From: a virus
Lineage: Duplodnaviria; Caudoviricetes
Virus record (IMG/VR): IMGVR_UViG_3300031519_000050
Coordinates: 1-43,731 of that record
Reading direction: 5' to 3' (one strand)
DNA: 43,731 bases
The position numbers and the translations under genes were made by a program. The notes beneath the pieces were generated by a model. It was given only the letters and a program-made list of their open reading frames with translations, was not told the origin of the DNA and ran no database searches. Below are positions 1 to 6,641 of this stretch, in pieces (position 1 is the first letter of the stretch; each line of letters starts with the position of its first letter).

Positions 1-2
1 GG

Positions 3-149
3 CCTAAGTATATTGTGGGTGGACTAATTGCATATTTTCAACATCCTGATCGCGAAGAGTACGAAAAATGTGCAATATTGCTAAAAGCTGCTAAAAGTTA
101 TGTTAAAAGTAAAAAAGATTCAACAAAAGTGAAAAAAAGTACTAAATAA
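3..149 (+). CDS. 3' end of a gene entering the window (hypothetical protein with UVR-like motif)
   Basis: Open frame PKYIVGGLIAYFQHPDREEYEKCAILLKAAK...STK* ending at TAA 147-149. EEYEKCA resembles UVR-type helical hairpin motifs. Not in the ORF track because it has no start in the window. Confidence 0.6.
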   Translation, partial: PKYIVGGLIAYFQHPDREEYEKCAILLKAAKSYVKSKKDSTKVKKSTK

Positions 150-343
150 TTTTTTATTGTCATGAATTTTTGTTATATTTTTGTTAAAAACATATTATTA
201 TGTTAAACTAAAAAAAAATAACCTTGTGTTAGTAAACCACTTACGGAAACTAATATATAAGGATAGGAAAACGGAGTAAGCTGAAAATCCGATAGAAAGA
301 GTAGGCATTATAAATAGCTTGTGGCTTAACCACTAAAACAACT

Positions 344-709
344 ATGAGTAATCATAAACACAAATTTTCAAAGGCTACAACAACGAATCACAATCAAAAG
401 AAACCATTTGATCCAAATAGGTATGGTAAGTTATGGGGAAACATTGGATTTGAAATAGCTGATGAAGCTGCAAATAAGCAACAAGGTGTACAACCTGTTA
501 TTGGATACTTATGTATCGATAATAGAAAAATCGGAGTTACTTGGTCTGAAACTAATAGAATTATAGAGCAACTATTAGATGGTCAACATAGACACAATGT
601 AGCAAAGCGGTTAGATATGCTTTCTGCTCAGTCAGGAACACCAAGAAATATTAAGTTTAAGCAATATGACGCAACAGGTGCTGTTATTGCAACAAACATG
701 AAAAATTAA
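344..709 (+). CDS. hypothetical phage protein (121 aa)
   Basis: ORF with an A-rich leader, same strand as its neighbours. No recognisable motif. Confidence 0.7.
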   Translation: MSNHKHKFSKATTTNHNQKKPFDPNRYGKLWGNIGFEIADEAANKQQGVQPVIGYLCIDNRKIGVTWSETNRIIEQLLDGQHRHNVAKRLDMLSAQSGTPRNIKFKQYDATGAVIATNMKN

Positions 710-721
710 AGAGAAAACAAA

Positions 722-958
722 ATGGAAACAATTTTAAGCGGACTATTAGGAATAATGATTGGAGGTGCAATAGTTGGTATGTACTTCTTTAGAAAAAATT
801 CTGAATTATATACTCAGATCTTAGACAAACAAACAATTATTAAATTAATAAAGGATCACATGGCAAAGGCAGAGAAATCAAAGCCAAAACCTAGAAGAAA
901 TTACAGAAAACCAAGTACTCGTAAGAGTAGTAATAAAACTACAGAAAAAGTAGTTTAA
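722..958 (+). CDS. small single-pass membrane protein with basic C-terminal tail
   Basis: N-terminal hydrophobic helix ILSGLLGIMIGGAIVGMYFF followed by a K/R-rich tail. Confidence 0.7.
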   Translation: METILSGLLGIMIGGAIVGMYFFRKNSELYTQILDKQTIIKLIKDHMAKAEKSKPKPRRNYRKPSTRKSSNKTTEKVV

Positions 959-972
959 TTACATATTGATTT

Positions 973-980
973 ATATTTAT
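973..980 (+). promoter_or_regulatory. putative late promoter motif ATATTTAT upstream of hsp20
   Basis: Same core recurs in intergenic gaps at 8309, 10373, 21072, 24877, 32397 and 41613. Confidence 0.5.
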
Positions 981-982
981 TC

Positions 983-1554
983 TATATAACAATTGGTACT
1001 GCGGGCCAGTAAGTTATAGGTTAAAACTAAGTTTAACAATTAAAATTATCTAAGGAGATTATTATGACAACACTAAGAATAAACACGCCTTTCGGCACAA
1101 CACTATTCCCAACTGATTTATTATTTAAGAATTTTTTCGACCATACTTCGGCTTTTGAGACTAATGTAGACAAGAAAATTAACCATCCTGTCGACATTAT
1201 ATACACAGAAGAAGCCTTAGTATTTGAAATAGCAGCAGTTGGATTAACTAAGGAAGATATAGATCTTTCTATTGAAGATGGTACTACATTAAAGGTTTCG
1301 TATACCAAACCAACTACACTTATTGAGGACGTTGGTAATGGAGAATATGTTCACAAGGGTATCGCAAAACGGTCATTTGATTTAGGATGGAAGATTAGTC
1401 CTAAGTTTGATTTGGCAAAAATTACGGCTAAAATGGAAAACGGCCTTCTACGATTAGAAGTTCCAGTTTCTCCAGACAGTAAGCCAAAAACAATAGCAAT
1501 TAAATAGGTTACATAAACAATTAAAAAACTGGCCCGCAGGCTAATGGTTATATG
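983..1554. repeat. long-range inverted repeat enclosing hsp20 (arms 983-1010 and 1528-1554)
   Basis: Perfect 12-bp core CTGCGGGCCAGT (999-1010) / ACTGGCCCGCAG (1528-1539). It extends outward to about 26 bp with G-U pairs, one bulge and one mismatch. Confidence 0.85.
1064..1507 (+). CDS. hsp20: small heat shock protein (Hsp20/alpha-crystallin family)
   Basis: HPVDI...FEIAAVGLTKEDIDLSIED, YVHKGIAKRSF, AKMENGLLRLEVP and a C-terminal I-x-I motif (KTIAIK). SD AAGGAG. Confidence 0.95.
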   Translation: MTTLRINTPFGTTLFPTDLLFKNFFDHTSAFETNVDKKINHPVDIIYTEEALVFEIAAVGLTKEDIDLSIEDGTTLKVSYTKPTTLIEDVGNGEYVHKGIAKRSFDLGWKISPKFDLAKITAKMENGLLRLEVPVSPDSKPKTIAIK

Positions 1555-1761
1555 AATATAATTTATAATGGAAATGACGCATATCAAGTAGTTAGAAAAC
1601 TACACGCTAGTACATTTGACCCTGGAAAATATGGTGTTAATAGAACTGATGAAGCGGCTTACATGATGATACTTCAATTATGGAGAGATGAGCATCACTG
1701 TGACCACGTATTGAAACAGGGAGACTATTTTATGTTGTGTAGAACCATTAAAGACGTTTAA
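1552..1761 (+). CDS. hypothetical protein (69 aa)
   Basis: ORF fills the gap between hsp20 and the tmRNA. No recognisable motif. Confidence 0.65.
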   Translation: MNIIYNGNDAYQVVRKLHASTFDPGKYGVNRTDEAAYMMILQLWRDEHHCDHVLKQGDYFMLCRTIKDV

Positions 1762-1873
1762 ATTATAAAAATAACGTTTAATTAGTATACTTATTATTAA
1801 GAAATTGACCGCTAGTACTTATGTTAGCTACTCTTTTGGACGTGGGTTCGAAACCCACCACCTCCACTAACGG

Positions 1874-1934
1874 ACTATATTCATTTAGATATAATATGGT
1901 CCTCGGTGATAAACTATATTCATTTGAATATAAT
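1874..1934 (+). repeat. 22-nt direct repeat pair inside the tmRNA intervening segment
   Basis: ACTATATTCATTTAGATATAAT (1874-1895) and ACTATATTCATTTGAATATAAT (1913-1934), 20/22 identical. Confidence 0.85.
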
Positions 1935-1994
1935 GGGGGTGAATGGCTTTGACATGGAGATAAGGATATAAGGAAGGTCGATACGCAATTAACT

Positions 1995-2027
1995 GGCGAA
2001 CAAGTTGAACTAGCAATGGCTGCCTAA
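1995..2027 (+). other. tmRNA tag reading frame (A)GEQVELAMAA*
   Basis: GGC GAA CAA GTT GAA CTA GCA ATG GCT GCC TAA. The stop codon sits in a hairpin, TGCCTA/TAGGTA (2021-2035). Confidence 0.85.
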
Positions 2028-2109
2028 TTTAGGTACCCAGCGCAAACGGTAAAAAGAAGCCATGTCGTTAAAGCTTCGGAGGTTTGAGGATAAAAATAAA
2101 AAGAAAATT

Positions 2110-2796
2110 ATGATAGATGATAAAACTTGGTTAATTGATGATGTATTGGATCCTTCTTCCGCCTTTTGGAAATACAAGGATAAATACGAAATTGACAGCT
2201 TGCTTAGTAGAATATCTCCTTTACAAACTGATGGTTTGTTTAGGATTACAAAACAAGACCATGTACTAGACCAATTCTCAGAGTTTGTTGATTTTTTCTC
2301 TTCGCTAACAAAGGAACAGTTAAATGACTATGTAGAGTATATTGAGGACAATGAAATAGATATTATGTCTGACCAAGTTTGGAGAATGTTGACTTTACAA
2401 GACCAACGAGAACTATTTACAAAAGATCCTGATATTTTTGATTTGTGGTGGTCATCTTTACACCATTCAGAAATAGAATATTATATGACTAGAATAGTGG
2501 ACAACAAACGGTTGATTAAACCTGCTGAAACACTAGATTTTATTAGAAAGTTGACAAAGCTATCTAGTAAAACAAAGAAAAAGAATCTAAAATATTATCC
2601 ATTACCAGCTGGCAAATTCTTGACAGTTCAATTGATTGGTGATAAATTAGCGATTAGTAGTAAAGACAGTAAAAAGTTGGAAGATGTAAAAGAATTATTG
2701 GTTTCTAGAGGAAACTATTTTCTAGAAGAAAGAACCAAGATTGGTCCCCATGGAGATACGATTTTTACATATTTATTTTTAACAAAGAATGTATAA
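2110..2796 (+). CDS. hypothetical protein (start probably 2110 rather than 2062)
   Basis: Long ORF. ATG 2062 falls inside the predicted tmRNA 3' stem-loop, while ATG 2110 has an A-rich leader. Confidence 0.7.
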   Translation: MIDDKTWLIDDVLDPSSAFWKYKDKYEIDSLLSRISPLQTDGLFRITKQDHVLDQFSEFVDFFSSLTKEQLNDYVEYIEDNEIDIMSDQVWRMLTLQDQRELFTKDPDIFDLWWSSLHHSEIEYYMTRIVDNKRLIKPAETLDFIRKLTKLSSKTKKKNLKYYPLPAGKFLTVQLIGDKLAISSKDSKKLEDVKELLVSRGNYFLEERTKIGPHGDTIFTYLFLTKNV

Positions 2797-2818
2797 TTAT
2801 TTATAAAAAAGAAAAGTT

Positions 2819-2998
2819 ATGAGAAACAAAATACCAGTACTTAAAGCATTAGAAAGAGCAAGCCAATTAGCATATAGTTTAGAAAACGCACTACGAGCAG
2901 GAAAAGCCGATGTTAATTATGCAATAGATCAAGTACATAAGATTAAAAATTTAGTAAAAACGGCAGAAGAACGAGTAAATTTAGAACATGAAGGATAA
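2819..2998 (+). CDS. small helical hypothetical protein (59 aa), absent from the ORF track
   Basis: MRNKIPVLKALERASQLAYSLENALRAGKADVNYAIDQVHKIKNLVKTAEERVNLEHEG*. Fills the gap and overlaps the next start codon. Confidence 0.75.
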   Translation: MRNKIPVLKALERASQLAYSLENALRAGKADVNYAIDQVHKIKNLVKTAEERVNLEHEG

Positions 2999-4133
2999 AA
3001 TACTTCCGATATTAATATCGATATCAGCACTAGCCGTATCAGGATCCGCAGCCTTTTATTCCGTCTTTGGATTGAGTAAACTGTTTGCAGGTGCCAGTAA
3101 TGAAGTGATTATTATGGCTGGTTCATTGGAATTTGCCAAGTTGGTTGTTGCTTCATTATTATATCAATATTGGGATACTATAAACAAATTATTACGGGCA
3201 TACCTAACTATAGCCTGCCTTGTTCTTATGATTATAACTAGTGGCGGAATATATGGATTCTTATCAGGAGCATATCAATCAACTGCGACTCAATCTGAAT
3301 TGCTTGACAAGTCACTTATAATGTTACAACAGCGACAAATTAGATTTGAAGAGTCAAAAACTGATCTTAAATATGAAAAAGAAGGATTGTCAAAATCAAT
3401 CTCAGACCTAAGAATATCTCTTTCAAACCCAGCGCAGGTTCAATATATAGATAAGGAAACTCAACTACTAATTACAACAACTTCATCATCTAGTAGAAGG
3501 GCGTTACAAAATGAATTAGCTAGAACTTTAAAGGATAGGAATAGTATAAACATAAAATTAGAGGCAATAACTGATTCTATCACTAATACTGATATGGCCA
3601 TATTAAACAAAGAAATAGACAACGAAGACCAACGAGAATTAGGTCCTCTTAAATATTTGGCAGAAACGACTGGACAAGATATGAACAAGGTTGTAAATTG
3701 GTTCCTATTGTTGATTATATTTGTTTTTGATCCATTGGCGATAGCACTAGTTGTTGCAGCTAACATGGCCTTTGGTTTAATAGAACCTAAAATTAAAATG
3801 TCTGTACCGGATGGATTAAAATTCAATACTCCATACCCAATAGCTGAAAAACCGAAAAAGGTTGTGATAGAAAAACAAGACCTTGTAGTCGATGATTTAG
3901 AAGATTTACATGATATTGGACGGGTACAACACGGAGACCCATTCTCCAATGCAGCCAAGTCATATAGTCCAATATGGGAAGGCGAACAACTATCACCTGA
4001 AGCTGCCGCTATAATATTTAATAATAAATATCATGAAATAGGCAACATTGCAGTTAGCAAATCTATTGTAGACAATAAGCTTAATGTCGGTGATATATAT
4101 GGCGAAAACATAGGAATAAAAAGAGGAATATAA
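2988..4133 (+). CDS. multi-pass membrane protein with central coiled coil
   Basis: Three N-terminal hydrophobic helices, a long heptad-like region, then WFLLLIIFVFDPLAIALVVAA. Confidence 0.8.
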   Translation: MKDKILPILISISALAVSGSAAFYSVFGLSKLFAGASNEVIIMAGSLEFAKLVVASLLYQYWDTINKLLRAYLTIACLVLMIITSGGIYGFLSGAYQSTATQSELLDKSLIMLQQRQIRFEESKTDLKYEKEGLSKSISDLRISLSNPAQVQYIDKETQLLITTTSSSSRRALQNELARTLKDRNSINIKLEAITDSITNTDMAILNKEIDNEDQRELGPLKYLAETTGQDMNKVVNWFLLLIIFVFDPLAIALVVAANMAFGLIEPKIKMSVPDGLKFNTPYPIAEKPKKVVIEKQDLVVDDLEDLHDIGRVQHGDPFSNAAKSYSPIWEGEQLSPEAAAIIFNNKYHEIGNIAVSKSIVDNKLNVGDIYGENIGIKRGI

Positions 4134-4676
4134 ATGGAAAATACGGAAGAATACTTGGTAGAATACGTAAAAGGAACGGCTTGGAACGAAAACAAAAATT
4201 CGATGTATCGTAAAATGGAATGTCGCGTTTGTGGACAAATGACCAAGTGTGGCAACGACGCAACAGCTGTAACATGCCATGAATGTGTAGGTGAAAGTTT
4301 AAATGCCCAGTTTGGTGGACCAGAACTACAAGGAAAAACCTCAACTGGCCGACCTAGAGGATGGAAATGGATGTCAGTGTTTGTCGATATGGATGGAACA
4401 GTATATCACAGTGGAGAAGAACAAGTAGAATTAAAAGGAACTCTTAAACCTAGTGATATAAAGGACAAAGGAAATAGGCTAAACAAAAAAGAAAAGTCAA
4501 AAATAAAACAAGAAGCAGGAACTAGACTATTTAAACTTAAAAAAGAATATAACAGTCTAAGGTGGAAAAAAGATAAAAAAGTATTTGAGAAGCACATTAA
4601 GTACGAGTCTCGAATTCTAGCAGGCAAATTTCCTAGAAAATTTGATGCCCAAGAGTATTACAAAAAAAAGTATTAG
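4134..4676 (+). CDS. putative zinc-binding basic protein
   Basis: CRVC...CHEC cysteine pairs and a K-rich C-terminus. Confidence 0.7.
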   Translation: MENTEEYLVEYVKGTAWNENKNSMYRKMECRVCGQMTKCGNDATAVTCHECVGESLNAQFGGPELQGKTSTGRPRGWKWMSVFVDMDGTVYHSGEEQVELKGTLKPSDIKDKGNRLNKKEKSKIKQEAGTRLFKLKKEYNSLRWKKDKKVFEKHIKYESRILAGKFPRKFDAQEYYKKKY

Positions 4677-4680
4677 AATA

Positions 4681-4713
4681 TTTTACCGCTTGAGATATTT
4701 TGTTTATATTATA
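4681..4713 (+). promoter_or_regulatory. putative early/middle promoter TTTTACC-N16-TTATATTATA
   Basis: Identical boxes with identical 16-nt spacing at 4681, 28291 and 43674, all intergenic. Confidence 0.7.
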
Positions 4714-4755
4714 TTAAATAATTAGATAATATAGAGAACTTAAGTGCTAATAAAC

Positions 4756-4980
4756 ATGCAAAATAAGCTAACATATAGTAGGGGTGGATCTACTAAGGAA
4801 GCAAAGGTTATAGAATTTACACTACCAAAAGATATGACTTGTGACGAGTTTAAAATTATGTGTGTGCGAATGGCTCATGCTATAGGATACCATCAAAACT
4901 CAGTTACTGAAACCTTTGGTAAAATTAAAGACAAAAACCTACAACAAGATAAAAAACAATTAGAATTACTATTTGATTAA
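4756..4980 (+). CDS. hypothetical protein (ATG 4756; track start 4744 is GTG)
   Basis: ORF directly after the promoter motif and adjacent to the ClpP gene. Confidence 0.65.
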   Translation: MQNKLTYSRGGSTKEAKVIEFTLPKDMTCDEFKIMCVRMAHAIGYHQNSVTETFGKIKDKNLQQDKKQLELLFD

Positions 4981-4981
4981 T

Positions 4982-5611
4982 ATGAGTATATACGAAGAAG
5001 AACACGAAATGCCAGGAAAAGAATCTACGAACATTGACGCAACAATTTTACAACAGCCAGAAAACAATTCAAGATGGGAAGAATCAGATAGAGGAGTTTG
5101 GGTACCAGAAAGTGTTGTTTATTTAGTGGGAGAAATTGGTGACTATACATTGTTTGATTTTATGACGAGGTTACGAACAGTCATTAGAGAACGAGATGAA
5201 CAATATAGTAAAGAAGCTATTAATTTAATTATCAATTCACCTGGTGGCGATGTTTCTGAGATGTTTGGAATGATCGATTTTATGGATTTAATAGACACTA
5301 AAGTAAATACAATATGTAGAGGATCAGCACAATCAGCTGCAGCCATTATATTAGCATGTGGAACAGGCAAAAGAGCTGCTTCAAAACACTCTACAATAAT
5401 GTTCCATCAAGGATCTACCTTTTCACAAGGAAAATTATCCGACGTTAGAGCAGGATTAGAATACTCAAAAGACATAGAAGCTAAAATATATAAATTATTA
5501 GCAGATAAAACAAAAAAAGATGCAAAATGGTGGGAAGATAAAATGAAATCAGATTTTTATATTTCAGCTGAAGAAGCCTTAAATTTAGGCGTAATAGACG
5601 TAATAGGATAA
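4982..5611 (+). CDS. clpP: ATP-dependent Clp protease proteolytic subunit (ClpP family)
   Basis: INSPGGDV, catalytic Ser region GSAQSAAA, His motif IMFHQ and SDFYISAEEALNLGVIDVI. ATG 4982 preferred over TTG 4973. Confidence 0.93.
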   Translation: MSIYEEEHEMPGKESTNIDATILQQPENNSRWEESDRGVWVPESVVYLVGEIGDYTLFDFMTRLRTVIRERDEQYSKEAINLIINSPGGDVSEMFGMIDFMDLIDTKVNTICRGSAQSAAAIILACGTGKRAASKHSTIMFHQGSTFSQGKLSDVRAGLEYSKDIEAKIYKLLADKTKKDAKWWEDKMKSDFYISAEEALNLGVIDVIG

Positions 5612-5613
5612 TT

Positions 5614-6384
5614 ATGAATTTAACAGAACAACAAATAGTAGAAAACTGGGAACAGTTAACAGGTAAAATATCAACAACCTTTTCAGGAGATAGACTGGTA
5701 CACTTAACCAATTTATATGACACTTTAAAGGATAGGATGATGTTTGCTCCAGCATCTGGAATAGAACATTTCCATAATTGTTTTATTGGTGGATATGTCG
5801 ACCATGTACTAAGGGTAATGAAATGCTCTGCAACATTATATAAAACGTGGAAAGACATGGGAGCTGATATGAGTGGTTATACAATAGAAGAACTAGCGTT
5901 CTCTGCACTTAATCATGATTTAGGAAAAGTTGGAGATATAGAAAATGATTATTATGTACCAAATGCAAGTGAATGGCACAGAAAGAATCAAGGTAAGATC
6001 TATAATGTGAACCCAAACATACAGAATATGACAGTACCACACCGTAGTCTATGGTTACTACAAGAATTTAATGTAAAATATTCTCAAAATGAGATGATTG
6101 CAATAATGACACACGATGGATTATATGATGACGGGAACGCAGCATACCTTAAAACCTGGGATAAAGACAGGAAGCTCAGAAATCATATGCCACTATTATT
6201 ACACCAAGCCGATCATATGGCATCTATGATAGAATTTGAAATATGGAATAGAGGAGGAGTTAATGCTTCAGCACCGTTGGTCAAGAATTCGGCACCTATA
6301 TTTAAGAAAAAAGCACCCAAAATTTCTACTGCAAACGATAATGCACAAGACCTATTTAAAGACTTATTTGGAGACGCAAGTTGA
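5614..6384 (+). CDS. HD-domain phosphohydrolase (YhaM/Cbf1-like)
   Basis: APAS..HFHNCFIGGYVDHV, NHDLGK, THDG and LHQADHMAS motifs. Confidence 0.85.
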   Translation: MNLTEQQIVENWEQLTGKISTTFSGDRLVHLTNLYDTLKDRMMFAPASGIEHFHNCFIGGYVDHVLRVMKCSATLYKTWKDMGADMSGYTIEELAFSALNHDLGKVGDIENDYYVPNASEWHRKNQGKIYNVNPNIQNMTVPHRSLWLLQEFNVKYSQNEMIAIMTHDGLYDDGNAAYLKTWDKDRKLRNHMPLLLHQADHMASMIEFEIWNRGGVNASAPLVKNSAPIFKKKAPKISTANDNAQDLFKDLFGDAS

Positions 6385-6641
6385 TAATTGCAATAGTCAT
6401 ATTATCACTATTGTCTATTTTTCTTATGTATTCTACGTATAATTTAGTAAGAAAGCTTGAAAATTACGAAGACTCTTTGGAAACATCAGATATATTAATA
6501 GCAGATGTAGCATCGGATATCAAACAAGTTTTAGCTGATATGCGAAAAATTGACCATAATGGAATATTTGAAGATGATGATGAAGTTGGCCAAACCTTTA
6601 AGCAAATATTAAAAACAATAGAACGTCTAGAGAGATTATAA
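6381..6641 (+). CDS. small membrane-anchored coiled-coil protein
   Basis: TTG start after GGAG. N-terminal transmembrane helix then a coiled coil. TAATG overlap with the next gene. Confidence 0.7.
   Translation: MIIAIVILSLLSIFLMYSTYNLVRKLENYEDSLETSDILIADVASDIKQVLADMRKIDHNGIFEDDDEVGQTFKQILKTIERLERL

Larger units (their letters stand above)
1804..2086 (+). ncRNA. ssrA: circularly permuted (two-piece) tmRNA: acceptor piece ~1804-1866, intervening segment 1867-1934, coding piece 1935-~2086
   Basis: T-arm GTGGG-TTCGAAA-CCCAC (1842-1858) is followed by CACCTCC-A (1859-1866), which lies upstream of its 5' partner GGGGGTG (1935-1941). Together they form a 7-bp acceptor stem with the G3-U70 alanine identity pair. 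D-loop-like AATGGCTTTGAC follows the 5' strand. Tag GEQVELAMAA* at 1995-2027 follows TAACT. Outer ends are approximate. Confidence 0.92.

Noticed and set aside
309-316. T4-type late promoter TATAAATA on the + strand
   Set aside because: A single occurrence in AT-rich DNA. The recurrent intergenic motif has the opposite orientation.
983-1554. Invertible DNA segment or IS/MITE ends around hsp20
   Set aside because: No recombinase or transposase and no target-site duplication seen. G-U-type pairs in the outer arms favour RNA pairing. Not fully excluded without reads.
1838-1869. Stand-alone tRNA, or an attP-like tRNA 3' fragment
   Set aside because: There is no anticodon or D arm upstream. The matching 5' strand and a tag ORF lie downstream, so it is the acceptor piece of a permuted tmRNA. 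No integrase is present in the window.
1874-1934. Mini CRISPR array
   Set aside because: Only two 22-nt copies with a 17-nt spacer, no cas genes, and it lies inside the tmRNA precursor.
2062-2109. N-terminal extension of the 244-aa ORF
   Set aside because: It overlaps the predicted 3' stem-loop of the tmRNA coding piece. ATG 2110 is more plausible.
4982-5611. ClpP as the prohead maturation protease
   Set aside because: No portal or capsid genes are adjacent, and it follows the early/middle-type motif in a non-structural operon. Not strictly excluded.
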